Assembly (NCBI GenBank): GCA_947460875.1
Contig: CANHGR010000001.1
Coordinates: 168,681-232,680, forward strand
DNA: 64,000 bases
DNA from: Sphingobacteriaceae bacterium
GTDB taxonomy: Bacteria > Bacteroidota > Bacteroidia > Sphingobacteriales > Sphingobacteriaceae
Direction of reading: 5' to 3'
Shown: positions 19,747 to 29,670 of the stretch, piece by piece
Numbering within the stretch: the stretch's first letter is position 1
How the letters are laid out: the number at the start of each line of letters is the position of its first letter
Notes under the pieces: model-generated
Database searches by the model: none
The model's input: the letters and a program-made list of their open reading frames with translations, nothing else
What the model was told of the DNA's origin: nothing
Made by a program: the position numbers and the translations under genes

Positions 19747-22341
19747 ATGAAATGTATTTTGTTTAGCCGACCAGCCTTTTTTACGCTTCTGTTTTTTGTA
19801 TTTCTTTCGAAATTAAGTGCGCAAAATGTAAGCCCCAACCCTTCAAGAAATGATCATATTTTCCCTTCGCAAGTAGCAGCAAAGTCGTACATTGATTTTG
19901 ACGGCCGTGGTTTTTTGATTCACGGTAAACGCACCTTCATCGTTTCTGCCGGCATAGAATACGCTCGTGTGCCGCGGGGCCTATGGCATGACCGACTTTT
20001 GCGGATTAAACGCGCCGGTTTTAATGCAGTCGAAATTTATACTTTTTGGAACTATCACGAACCAAAAGAAGGGGAATTTGATTTTAGCGGGGATCAAGAC
20101 CTCGATTCCTTCTTGAAACTCGTCAAAAAAATGGGGATGTATACAATCGTGAGGGTGGGGCCATACTACTGTGGCGAATGGAATTTCGGTGGCTTTCCTA
20201 TTTGGTTGAAATTTAAGCCCGGTTTGAGGGTTCGAGAAGATAACCGACCATTTCTCGAGGCTGTTGATAATTTTTTCAATAAGTTGATTCCAATCGTTGC
20301 AAAAAATCAGATAAACCGAGGGGGATCTGTCATCATGGTTCAACTCGAGAATGAACACAATTCTGCTTGGGGTACCGTAACTCCAAACGCTTATTTTAGT
20401 TACCTGAAAAATAAAACTCTTTCGCTCGGGATAGAAGTGCCCTATTATTTCAGCGGACTTCATCCCGGGAATGACCCTGCGAGCAATAAGCCAAGCTTGG
20501 ATGACCCGATGCGGCCAAATCCTTGGTTTTCTTCAGAATACTGGAGCGTTTGGTTTTCTAATTACGGTCCACAACCGAACGATTCTATAACTTACGACAG
20601 ACGAACCTGGAAGATACTCGCCCATGGAGGGAATGGGTATAATGTCTATATGGCCCATGGTGGCAGTAACTTTGACTATAATAATGATCGCGATATGGCC
20701 GCTTCGTATGATTACGGCGCCGCAGTGGGTCAGGGGGGCGATCTACGGCCGATCTATTATGCCTTTAAAAAAGCGGCTTGGTTTGCCCGAAGCTTTCAGG
20801 ATATCTTGGCTAATAGTCAGGATGCATCAAGTCTATTTCAAACAACTATTAACGATTCGGCACTGACGGTTACCGCGCGGAGCAGCCCTTCTGGAACGAT
20901 TGTTTTTTTAGACAATCAAGAAGAAGGTCCTGTAGAAGTTCAGCTAAATGCCCCATCAGCTTTAGGCCTATTAGAAGCGCCAAAGTTGAAAATCTCAGCT
21001 GATGAAATTATGCCTCTAATTTTGGATTTTCCATTAACAGCTGATGTGAAAATAGCCTGGGCTCCTGCAAGAATTTACGGTATGACTTCGCAGGATAGTA
21101 CACATACACTGCTAGTTCATGGAGTGCCGGGAGATTCAATTAGACTTTATTTTACTGTACAGCAAAAAGTGAACTTCTTGTCCGGAGCTGAAAGTTTTAG
21201 GGTTCTTCCTTCTCAGTTTCTTGAACTAAGAACGGTTATTTTTCCTACTATGCCCACTGAATATTCATTTGAGGTTGCTGGAAAGACAATAAGGATTGTA
21301 GTGGTAAACAGTGATTTAGCAGCTAAAAGCTGGATTGTTGAAATAGGGCAGAAGAAGACATTAGTAGTAGGACCTTCATACGCTGCCGAGGCATTTACCA
21401 AAAATGGAAAAATTAATCTCCGGACAGAGCATCCTTGGAACGGCGACATAGATTCAATTGCCTGGGTCTACCTGGCTGATAACTCGGTGTTAAGATTAGT
21501 AGCGCCAGCGAAATCGGGAACTAACGTTTTACAATTGCACTTAACAGAATGGAGCACAAAAGATGCAGCAGAAGCCGCCTATCCGAAGTTTAATGATAAG
21601 CGTTGGCTACAAAGCGAAAATCCTTTACAAATGGGTGCCGACGGTGATATTACGGCTAATGTCTGGTACCGTACAAATATTACGGTACCGGAGACCGGCA
21701 TCTACACCCTTAAATTTAGCAAAATTCGGGAACGGGTTGCACTGTTTTTAAATGGCATACGCCTAGATTCAGGAAAGGCGTTTACGCAGATTGATGTTAA
21801 CCTCAAAGTTGGCGAGGAAAATACGATTGCGCTGTTCACCGCTCATGATGGACGAAACAAGGAGATTTTTTACGTTGGTCCGGTTGATACGGTGGATGTA
21901 AAGGGTTTGGCTGGGCCGATTTCCCTGCACAAAGATAATAACCGTATAACGACGGTTGGCCCCTGGCGAATGAAAGGCGGACCTGGGAACCCGAATTCTC
22001 GCATAGGTTGGACGCGCGGATTGCCGAAGGCAAAAGAAGCTAAACCAATGTTTTATCGGTCAAAATTTGAGGGCTACGGTGATCCAAAGGATGGAATGAC
22101 TTGGAGGCTTATCACAAGTGGTTTGACTTATGGATCGGTTTGGGTTAATGGCCATAACTTGGGTAGGTACCCTGAGAAAATTAAGATCAATGGGCTCTAT
22201 ATTCCCAACAATTGGATACGGAAAGGGAAAAATAGTGTGGTCATTTATGATGAAGGTGGCGCGCTGCCAAATCGTGTTTCAGTCCAAGCCGAAGTTGGGT
22301 CAAGTCGCGATGTGACAATGTTGACAGAAAACCCTCGTTAA
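19747..22341 (+). CDS. glycoside hydrolase family 35 beta-galactosidase (secreted)
   Basis: 864 aa. Signal peptide, YARVPRGLWHDRLLRIKRAGFNAVE, GPYYCGEWNFGGFP, VIMVQLENEH (acid/base Glu). C-terminal beta-sandwich region. Confidence 0.8.
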   Translation: MKCILFSRPAFFTLLFFVFLSKLSAQNVSPNPSRNDHIFPSQVAAKSYIDFDGRGFLIHGKRTFIVSAGIEYARVPRGLWHDRLLRIKRAGFNAVEIYTFWNYHEPKEGEFDFSGDQDLDSFLKLVKKMGMYTIVRVGPYYCGEWNFGGFPIWLKFKPGLRVREDNRPFLEAVDNFFNKLIPIVAKNQINRGGSVIMVQLENEHNSAWGTVTPNAYFSYLKNKTLSLGIEVPYYFSGLHPGNDPASNKPSLDDPMRPNPWFSSEYWSVWFSNYGPQPNDSITYDRRTWKILAHGGNGYNVYMAHGGSNFDYNNDRDMAASYDYGAAVGQGGDLRPIYYAFKKAAWFARSFQDILANSQDASSLFQTTINDSALTVTARSSPSGTIVFLDNQEEGPVEVQLNAPSALGLLEAPKLKISADEIMPLILDFPLTADVKIAWAPARIYGMTSQDSTHTLLVHGVPGDSIRLYFTVQQKVNFLSGAESFRVLPSQFLELRTVIFPTMPTEYSFEVAGKTIRIVVVNSDLAAKSWIVEIGQKKTLVVGPSYAAEAFTKNGKINLRTEHPWNGDIDSIAWVYLADNSVLRLVAPAKSGTNVLQLHLTEWSTKDAAEAAYPKFNDKRWLQSENPLQMGADGDITANVWYRTNITVPETGIYTLKFSKIRERVALFLNGIRLDSGKAFTQIDVNLKVGEENTIALFTAHDGRNKEIFYVGPVDTVDVKGLAGPISLHKDNNRITTVGPWRMKGGPGNPNSRIGWTRGLPKAKEAKPMFYRSKFEGYGDPKDGMTWRLITSGLTYGSVWVNGHNLGRYPEKIKINGLYIPNNWIRKGKNSVVIYDEGGALPNRVSVQAEVGSSRDVTMLTENPR

Positions 22342-22437
22342 TAATTAATGCTGCCGAAATACTAGTTTAATTCCCAGCGAAATTATTAAATTTGATAGAC
22401 TAATTAAACGATCTGAACCCATATAAATAAATTAAAA

Positions 22438-22839
22438 ATGAAGAAAATTTTGCTACCTGTGTTTCTGGTTCTATTTGTGCTAGTTGCATTTGCCGCGATT
22501 CAAATTGATGGGTCTTGGAAAGGCTATATAGAAGGGCAATATCACCTTACTGCTAATTTTAAAGCGGAAGGTTCAACGTTAACTGGAACCTTGGTATTAG
22601 CCGACAATAATCCGAAGTCTGAAAACCCAGACGATGTATCGTATAGCCCCTTTGTGTCTGCACAAATGGGTAAGAATGAAATCAAGAATGGTAAAATTGA
22701 AGGCGAAACTATCACTTTTACGACGATGTTTAATGAAACTCCAATTGTTTACAAAGGGGTGTTGCAAGGTGAAAAAATTGTACTGACTACTAATTTTAAT
22801 AATCAAGTCGTAAAATCTACGTTATCTAGGGTAAAGTAG
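22438..22839 (+). CDS. small secreted protein, unknown function (paralogue of the next gene)
   Basis: 133 aa. Signal peptide (VAFA-AIQ). GSWKGYIEGQ...GSTLTGTL and NGKIEGETITF...KGVLQGEKIVLTTNF motifs are shared with 22917..23264. Confidence 0.6.
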   Translation: MKKILLPVFLVLFVLVAFAAIQIDGSWKGYIEGQYHLTANFKAEGSTLTGTLVLADNNPKSENPDDVSYSPFVSAQMGKNEIKNGKIEGETITFTTMFNETPIVYKGVLQGEKIVLTTNFNNQVVKSTLSRVK

Positions 22840-22916
22840 CACGGTATACCATCGGTTATAAAGTCGGCTGTGCGGGATATTTTATTGCGTGCACTGTTTG
22901 TAAATAAAGAGAAGTG

Positions 22917-23264
22917 ATGAAGAAGAAACTTTTTTCTGCTGTTGTCTTGTTCGCCATTGCAACTTATTGTTTTGCTTCATCAATTGTGGTCGGGCGATGG
23001 TCTGGTACGATTGCCGGTCAATTTCCGGTAACAGTAAGTATTAAAGAATTGAATGGGAAACTGACGGGGACGGTTATCTCACAAATTGGAGAGATACCAC
23101 TCAGTAACGGAAGGATAACTGGGAATGATTTCTCTTTTAGAGAGCTTTCGTATAATGGAATAGCCGTTTCATCGATCAAAGGGAAGATAGATGGTGATAA
23201 GATGGATGTAACAGTGAATTTTCAAGGGCAAGACCTTCAAGGAATTTTGACGCGGATTAAATAA
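22917..23264 (+). CDS. small secreted protein, unknown function (paralogue of the previous gene)
   Basis: About 115 aa (ATG 22917; GTG 22914 in the track). Signal peptide (CFA-SS). GRWSGTIAGQ...NGKLTGTV, NGRITGNDFSF...KGKIDGDKMDVTVNF. Confidence 0.6.
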   Translation: MKKKLFSAVVLFAIATYCFASSIVVGRWSGTIAGQFPVTVSIKELNGKLTGTVISQIGEIPLSNGRITGNDFSFRELSYNGIAVSSIKGKIDGDKMDVTVNFQGQDLQGILTRIK

Positions 23265-23284
23265 TTTAAAGTAGAATCAGCAAG

Positions 23285-23322
23285 AAAAAGACATTTGCTT
23301 TCGACGGCAGATGTCTTTTTTT
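23285..23322. terminator. bidirectional rho-independent terminator between convergent genes
   Basis: AAAAAGACATTTGC / GCAGATGTCTTTTT hairpin with A-run and T-run flanks, so it can act on either strand. Confidence 0.7.
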
Positions 23323-23368
23323 AATTAGATTCTGGTTGCCTTGGCTTAAGAATAATCTTAAGTCTTCT

Positions 23369-26107
23369 TTATTTGTTTTCATTGTTAAAACTAATTGTTG
23401 TTATTGACATTAAAGGCTCGATAGGCTTTGCCTTGTCGTTTTTAAATATAAAGTACAGATCGTTCAGCCCCGAAGTCTCTTTGATTTCTGTTTTTACCGC
23501 CTTGCTTAAAGCTTGATCTTCGGCGGGTTCAACAAGAGCTTGCCCGATTAGTAGTCCACTTGGTGATCCGGTTCGGATTTCAATAATGCCTCCAAGGTTT
23601 TTTTCACGCGGACTGGTTGTAACTTTAAGTTCGACTTCTTTGATTCCCGTTAAATCCAGCTTACGAAATCCAATATGGCTATTGGCAGTTGGAACAACAG
23701 TTACCAATCCATCTGCACCATTCACTTTTACCGTAGCACCTTTCATGAATTCGGCTAAGGAAGCATTCACAATTGGTTTTCGTAGAATAATTGTCGATTC
23801 TGTAGTCTGTTTAGGAACTGTATTATTTCCGCGATCTGTGTACGACGCACGTACTATAAAAGTTCCGTTCCCATTATCCCCTTTCGGAATTTGGGTAGTG
23901 TAAGTGCCCTTAATGGGTAGCGATTTGATGTTTTTGTTGCTGATATTCACGATATATTTTACCATCGACTCGGCGTCGTTTTGCGAAATGCCAGGATGTG
24001 CGGGCATACCAATCGTGGTTCCCCACACGCCTGATCCGCCTGCTCGTATTTTTGCTCCAAGTCTTTCCATTGCTCCAGCATCTCCCTGGTATTTTTCGGC
24101 GATCGCCGTAAATGACGGGCCTACATTTTTCAATGTTGGATGATGGCAATTTTTGCAATCAGATTTGCTTATAAGTGCGTGTGCTACTGCAAATTGCGAT
24201 GACCCGTCAACACTTCTCTGGGCCTGGATGGTTTGAGCATAATCAAATCCCTCAGAAGCATAATCGATACTGACCGAAACTTGTTCAGGCTTAATTGTTC
24301 CGGCGGTTAGACTTCCGTCTTCTTTGTCAGAAACGCTTATAGTGTAGTCTAGTGTTTTGTTTTCAAAAAAGAAAGTATTGTTTGTAATCAGGCCAATTTT
24401 GACTGTTGGTGTCTCATTCCCTGCAATGATTGAAATAGACTTACTGTTTGTTGCTCCTTTTGAATCGGTAACGGTTAGGTTTGCAGTATAGACGCCTGCT
24501 TTATAAAGGGTGATCGGTGTGCTTGCACTTGTAAATGTTTGGGTAGCAACGCCTGGCGATGTTAATCGCCATTGGTATTTTAATACGTCTCCATCGGCAT
24601 CCTTTGTGCCTACCGCAGAAAGTGTGATTTTAAGAGGGATGGATCCGCCACTCTTATTTGCCGAAGCATTAACAAGCGGCTTCCGGTTTCCGGCATTGTA
24701 CTCAATACGCACAAGCTTAGCCGATTCACTTTTACCAAACCATAAGCTTCCATACTCTAAGACATATAAATCTCCGTCGGGACCGAATTTTATATCGATC
24801 GGTTCTACAGGTCGATAGTCTGGCAGAAATTTTTCCATTGACTTATAGTTTCCCGAAGCATCCATTGAGATCGTCATTATCCAACCCCGAGCCAGATCAG
24901 TAGCGAGCCACTTGCCCTCATAGTAAGCCGGCCATGGCCGTTTAGCGGTGGGACGATCCGCGCGACGATAGATTGGTCCTCCAACGGCGCTGCGACTGCC
25001 ACTCCCAGTCAATGGAAATTTTTCTGATATCCCATATGGGTAATAAACAAATGCAGGCGCTACCGGTGGAAGTTCTTTTAAGCCGGTATTGTTAACAGAA
25101 TTGTTGATAGGCTTATTAAGATCCTTTCTATCCAAAATCTCGCCATTGACATAGTCGAAAATTGGGAAAGCTTCGTTGGGGCCAATAAAATATGGCCAGC
25201 CAAAAAATCCGGGTTTTCTAGCTTGATTTAGTTCATCGTAACCCATCGGGCCGATATCGCTGCTTTCTGTAGCATCAGACCCGATATCACCAAAATAGAG
25301 GTAGCCTGTTTTACTGTCGATCGAAGGGCGCCAAGGGTTGCGATGTCCCATGGTATAAATCTCAGGCCGTGCTAACGGATTCCCCGGCGGAAATAAATTT
25401 CCCTTAGGTATGATGTAGGTTCCATCCGCTTGGGGTTTGATTCTTAAAATTTTCCCGATTAGGCTATTCGTGTTCGCGGTACCGCGCTGGTCGTCCCAGT
25501 TTACACGGTTCGGACGCTCGTCTGTAGACGAAGAAAGAGAAGTGCCCGAATTGTTCCCTACGGTTAAGTATAGATTGCCCTGAGAATCCCAGGTCATGCC
25601 GCCGCCGGTATGGCAGCAGGTCTCTCGCTGAGTGGCAAATTGCAAGAGTATTTTCTCAGAGCCGGCAACCAGCTCATTATTAACGAAATCCCATCTCGTT
25701 AGCTGAAACTTGCTTTCGGTAGGATGTGAATAGAATGTGTAGATCCAATGATTAGTCTCAAAATTCGGATCAACTGTTAGTCCGAGCAACCCTTCTTCGG
25801 CCTCCGTAACTGTTTTTCGAGCACTCGTATATTTGGTATTAACTGGGATCGTGGCTACCAAACGTATGGTTTTAGTGAGGGGGTGATACATTTTTATAGC
25901 TCCCTTTCGTTCGCTGATCAGTACACGCCCATCTTTTAAAACTTCAAACGTATTCGGTTCATCTAAATCTCCTGGTTGGCTTAATGATACGGGAGTGAAG
26001 CGGCTTTCGTCTGGTTTCTTGGGCAAATCTTGAATAAACGAGAAAAAGAGTCCTACTAACGCGACTGTAGTGAGGGTATAAAGTTTTTTAAAATGTTTTG
26101 AAAACAT
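23369..26107 (-). CDS. multidomain secreted protein: PQQ-dependent glucose/sorbosone dehydrogenase-like beta-propeller + PKD/Ig domains + cytochrome c + C-terminal beta-sandwich
   Basis: 912 aa. Signal peptide. GLLGLTVDPNF, ETCCHTGGGM and GHRNPWR are sGDH-like propeller motifs. DADGDVLKYQWRL...YTANLTVTDSKGATNS is PKD-like. CKNCHH is a heme c site, with GVWGTTIGMPAHP as the likely Met ligand. A tail of about 180 aa follows. Confidence 0.75.
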   Translation of the reverse strand: MFSKHFKKLYTLTTVALVGLFFSFIQDLPKKPDESRFTPVSLSQPGDLDEPNTFEVLKDGRVLISERKGAIKMYHPLTKTIRLVATIPVNTKYTSARKTVTEAEEGLLGLTVDPNFETNHWIYTFYSHPTESKFQLTRWDFVNNELVAGSEKILLQFATQRETCCHTGGGMTWDSQGNLYLTVGNNSGTSLSSSTDERPNRVNWDDQRGTANTNSLIGKILRIKPQADGTYIIPKGNLFPPGNPLARPEIYTMGHRNPWRPSIDSKTGYLYFGDIGSDATESSDIGPMGYDELNQARKPGFFGWPYFIGPNEAFPIFDYVNGEILDRKDLNKPINNSVNNTGLKELPPVAPAFVYYPYGISEKFPLTGSGSRSAVGGPIYRRADRPTAKRPWPAYYEGKWLATDLARGWIMTISMDASGNYKSMEKFLPDYRPVEPIDIKFGPDGDLYVLEYGSLWFGKSESAKLVRIEYNAGNRKPLVNASANKSGGSIPLKITLSAVGTKDADGDVLKYQWRLTSPGVATQTFTSASTPITLYKAGVYTANLTVTDSKGATNSKSISIIAGNETPTVKIGLITNNTFFFENKTLDYTISVSDKEDGSLTAGTIKPEQVSVSIDYASEGFDYAQTIQAQRSVDGSSQFAVAHALISKSDCKNCHHPTLKNVGPSFTAIAEKYQGDAGAMERLGAKIRAGGSGVWGTTIGMPAHPGISQNDAESMVKYIVNISNKNIKSLPIKGTYTTQIPKGDNGNGTFIVRASYTDRGNNTVPKQTTESTIILRKPIVNASLAEFMKGATVKVNGADGLVTVVPTANSHIGFRKLDLTGIKEVELKVTTSPREKNLGGIIEIRTGSPSGLLIGQALVEPAEDQALSKAVKTEIKETSGLNDLYFIFKNDKAKPIEPLMSITTISFNNENK

Positions 26108-26213
26108 AGGGGTATGTTTTTTTCGTCGTTAGCTTCCGTGAAAAGTAAAGCTAAGAGAAAACCGATTGATTTCTGAATTTGATAGAGAAAAAGAAGCCCC
26201 TAAGCCGTTAAAT

Positions 26214-28070
26214 CTATTCTATCGCCTTACCCTTCATAGCGGTTCCGATTGCAACATCCATAAGCCTTTCTGCAAAAGGGCGGGTGAACTCATTTAGTTC
26301 ATCTATTTTTTTAAGGATGAGATCTTTATCGCCTGTCGGTAAAATACTCGTTAGAGCATCCAGATAAGATTTGGTTTGTGCAGTTTCCTCCTCCGATAAG
26401 TGAGATCCATTTTTTGAAATAAATCGTTCTACCGTATAAACCATTTGTTCACCTTCCGTGCGTGCTTCGATCAGCATTCGCTGGGCTACATCATCTTTTG
26501 CATGAGCAATCGAATCAAGAAGCATTTTTTCAACTTCCTCATCAGTAAGTCCATATGCAGGCTTAACTTCAATTTCTTGCTTAACGCCCGAGCGAAGTTC
26601 AATGGCTTGCACAGTCAGGATTCCGTCTGCATTCAGTAGGAAGTTGATATCCACTTTCGGTAGTCCGGCGGGCATTGCTGGGATACCTTTTAAATCAAAT
26701 TCTGCTAATTTCCGGTTTTCTTTCACCAGATCCCGTTCTCCTTGAAAGACAGAGATCTTCATGTTTGCTTGTCCGTCAATTGAGGTGGTATACTGCCGGC
26801 CGGCTTTCGTCGGAACTTTTGAGTTGCGAGGGATGATCACATCCATTAATCCGCCCATTGTTTCCAGGCCGAGCGAGAGAGGAGTAACATCAAGCAATAA
26901 TATGTCTTTTCTGTTTCCCGAAAGGATGTCGGCCTGGATAGCCGCTCCCAGGGCCACAACTTCATCGGGATTAAGTTCATCATGTACCGGTCTACCGAAA
27001 AATTTAGACACCATTTTCTTAACAAGAGCGGTTCTCGTTGAACCGCCAACCATAATCACTTCGTCGATCTGGTTGGTTTGCAGGTTGGCATCACTCAATG
27101 CGTTGCGGCAGCAATTTATCGTTAGCTCAATCTTATCCCTTATCAGATTTTCAAAGGAATGCTTGTCTAGAGTACACCAGATTTCGCCGATCTTTTCGTT
27201 GAAAAGATTTTGAATAGAAAAAGCCTTTTTAGCTTCTTCGGCCTTCAGACGAAGCTGTTGAGTCAGTTCTACATTGGCATTTACCTCTTGTTTGTTTAAA
27301 TTATTTTTTTCAATCCAATAGTCGGCAATTAGGCGGTCAAAATCATCTCCGCCAAGGAAAGTATCACCGTTGGTAGACAAAACCTCAAAGATGCCGTTTT
27401 GGATCTGCAGGATGGAAACATCAAAAGTTCCTCCACCCAAATCATAAACTGCTATGGTTTTTGTTTCATCGGGATTTAAGCCGATGCCATAGGCAAGGCT
27501 GGCCGCAGTTGGTTCATTGACGATTCGCAAGACATCGAGGCCGGCTAATTTGCCTGCATCGCGGGTAGCGTGACGTTGTGAATCATTAAAATACGCTGGT
27601 ACGGTAATAACTACACGGTTTACAGTTGTTTTCAGAGCGTGTTCGGCCCTGTCTTTTAGCTCCTTAAGGATTAGCCCTGAAAGTTCAACCGGCGTATAGA
27701 ATTTATCGGCAACTTTTATTTTGACGACACTCTCTGCATTATCGTCAATAACTTTGTAAGAGAAAAAATCTTTATAACTTTCTACGTCTTTAAACGACCT
27801 CCCTAATAATCGCTTAACTGAGAAGATGGTGTTGGATGGGTCTGAGATTAAAAAATTTCTGGCATCGTTCCCCACAGTTATTGTGCCGACTTCGTTAAAA
27901 TGGACGATGGAAGGGACTAAAACGCCCTTCCCCATATCGTTAATAACCTGCGCGTTACCGTCGGGATTTATGAAGGCGATAAGGCTGTTTGTAGTGCCCA
28001 AATCGATACCTACTATGATGTCTTCTTTCTGAATGGAGCCTGTCGCCAGGTTGATGGAAACTGTAGCCAT
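26214..28070 (-). CDS. hscA: Hsp70-family chaperone, HscA-like (Fe-S cluster assembly chaperone)
   Basis: 618 aa. [52 protein letters not shown]. Its length and C-terminus are more like HscA than DnaK. Confidence 0.7.
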   Translation of the reverse strand: MATVSINLATGSIQKEDIIVGIDLGTTNSLIAFINPDGNAQVINDMGKGVLVPSIVHFNEVGTITVGNDARNFLISDPSNTIFSVKRLLGRSFKDVESYKDFFSYKVIDDNAESVVKIKVADKFYTPVELSGLILKELKDRAEHALKTTVNRVVITVPAYFNDSQRHATRDAGKLAGLDVLRIVNEPTAASLAYGIGLNPDETKTIAVYDLGGGTFDVSILQIQNGIFEVLSTNGDTFLGGDDFDRLIADYWIEKNNLNKQEVNANVELTQQLRLKAEEAKKAFSIQNLFNEKIGEIWCTLDKHSFENLIRDKIELTINCCRNALSDANLQTNQIDEVIMVGGSTRTALVKKMVSKFFGRPVHDELNPDEVVALGAAIQADILSGNRKDILLLDVTPLSLGLETMGGLMDVIIPRNSKVPTKAGRQYTTSIDGQANMKISVFQGERDLVKENRKLAEFDLKGIPAMPAGLPKVDINFLLNADGILTVQAIELRSGVKQEIEVKPAYGLTDEEVEKMLLDSIAHAKDDVAQRMLIEARTEGEQMVYTVERFISKNGSHLSEEETAQTKSYLDALTSILPTGDKDLILKKIDELNEFTRPFAERLMDVAIGTAMKGKAIE

Positions 28071-28161
28071 AATTTAAATCAAGTCCGCAAAACGCTTCTG
28101 GAAGCAAATGTATAGAGATTTCATTTAGGGTTTGTAAGGGTATTGTAAGTTCAACGGGTGT

Positions 28162-29496
28162 TTAGCGTTTGAATTTTAATCGCTTGCCCGGGATATCATC
28201 TTTTAAATGACCGTTTTCCCATGCTAGGTGACCTGAAATGATGGTATGGGTGATGCGGGCCTGAAAGGTTTGGCCTTCAAATGGACTCCAGCCACATTTG
28301 TAAAAGATATTGTCAGTACGTACTTCCCAAGGGCTGTTTAGATCAACGAGTACAAGATCGGCCCAATATCCTTCCCGTATGTAACCTCGTTTATCAATCT
28401 GAAAGCAAATGGCTGGATTGTGTGCCGTCTTTTCAACTATTTGTTCGAGCGAGATTTTCCCTTGATGGTAAAGCTCAAACAATGCGGGTAAAGCGTGTTG
28501 TACCAACGGTCCGCCTGAAGGTGCCATTAGGTAGGGCTGAGTTTTTTCTTTTAGTGTGTGCGGGGCATGGTCTGTTGCGATAATGTCGATTCTTCCATTG
28601 AGCACCGCGTTTAAAATCTCATCGCGATCAGATGCAGTCTTTACAGCAGGGTTCCACTTTATCAGGTTACCTTTTTTTGCATAATCCTGATTAGAAAACC
28701 AAAGATGATGGATACATGCCTCGGCGGTGATGCGTTTTTCTGTTAAGGGAATTGAGTTATCGAATAACTCCGTTTCTATCGCGGTCGAAATATGGAGAAT
28801 ATGCAATCTGGAATTATGCCTTTTCGCAAGATTAATGGCAAATGAGGATGACTTATAGCAGGCCTCGGCGCTACGAATCATCGGGTGCATGTCTATAGTA
28901 ATTTGATCGCCGTATCGGGCCTGGTAAAGGTCTAAATTATGGCGAATAGTTGCCTCATCTTCGCAGTGGGTTGCGATCAACATGGGCGTTTGAGAAAATA
29001 TCGATTCAAGCGTCTTTTCATTATCTACCAGCATATCTCCGGTGGATGATCCCATAAATATTTTTAATCCGCAAACATTTTCAGGGTCTGTTTTCAGAAC
29101 TTCGGCGATGTTGTCGTTTGAAGCCCCCATAAAAAATGAATAGTTGGCAAGCGAGTACCTTGAAGCGATATCGTATTTGTCTTGCAGTAGTTCCTGCGTT
29201 AAAGTATTGGGAACGGTGTTAGGCATTTCCATAAAGGAAGTGATTCCTCCGGCAACCGCTGCTCGGGATTCCGAAAAGATGTCGGCCTTGTGTGTTAATC
29301 CAGGCTCACGAAAATGGACCTGATCGTCTATCATCCCCGGCAGGAGAAATTTTCCATCCGCATTGATTGTTTGGTCTGCATGTCTATTTAATCCCACTCC
29401 AATCTGTTCGATTAGTCCATCTTTTACAAAAACATCAGCAATGAATTGTTTTCCTTCATTTACTATTGTCGCAGACTTGATGAGGATGGCTGGCAT
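28162..29496 (-). CDS. pyrC: dihydroorotase-like cyclic amidohydrolase
   Basis: 444 aa. PGMIDDQVHFREPGLTHKADI...GGITSFMEMPNT, ATHCED, IATDHAPH. Note QVH where the usual metal-binding motif is HxH. Confidence 0.7.
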   Translation of the reverse strand: MPAILIKSATIVNEGKQFIADVFVKDGLIEQIGVGLNRHADQTINADGKFLLPGMIDDQVHFREPGLTHKADIFSESRAAVAGGITSFMEMPNTVPNTLTQELLQDKYDIASRYSLANYSFFMGASNDNIAEVLKTDPENVCGLKIFMGSSTGDMLVDNEKTLESIFSQTPMLIATHCEDEATIRHNLDLYQARYGDQITIDMHPMIRSAEACYKSSSFAINLAKRHNSRLHILHISTAIETELFDNSIPLTEKRITAEACIHHLWFSNQDYAKKGNLIKWNPAVKTASDRDEILNAVLNGRIDIIATDHAPHTLKEKTQPYLMAPSGGPLVQHALPALFELYHQGKISLEQIVEKTAHNPAICFQIDKRGYIREGYWADLVLVDLNSPWEVRTDNIFYKCGWSPFEGQTFQARITHTIISGHLAWENGHLKDDIPGKRLKFKR

Positions 29497-29606
29497 GGGC
29501 GATGATTAGATTTTAGATTTTGGATATTTTCAAAAATACAAAATTGAAAGTAATTCATCAGAGAACCGGATTTTGCCTTATCCAAAAGAATTATGCGTTT
29601 TGCATG

Positions 29607-29634
29607 TCTCAATACTCAAATCTCAATACTCAAA
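29607..29634 (+). repeat. perfect tandem duplication of a 14-mer (TCTCAATACTCAAA x2) in the helicase leader region
   Basis: Read directly: tctcaatactcaaa tctcaatactcaaa, followed by tc. Lies 37 nt upstream of the helicase ATG. Confidence 0.9.
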
Positions 29635-29658
29635 TCAGAATAATAGCAATTCCCACCG

Positions 29659-29666
29659 TATCTTTG
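29659..29666 (+). promoter_or_regulatory. candidate -7 promoter box (TAnnTTTG) abutting the helicase start codon
   Basis: TATCTTTG ends 4 nt before ATG 29671. Confidence 0.3.
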
Positions 29667-29670
29667 CAAA

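Noticed and set aside
29607-29634. Could the 14-mer tandem repeat be a minimal CRISPR or other array?
   Set aside because: There are only two directly abutting copies with no spacers and no cas genes in the window. It is a simple tandem duplication.
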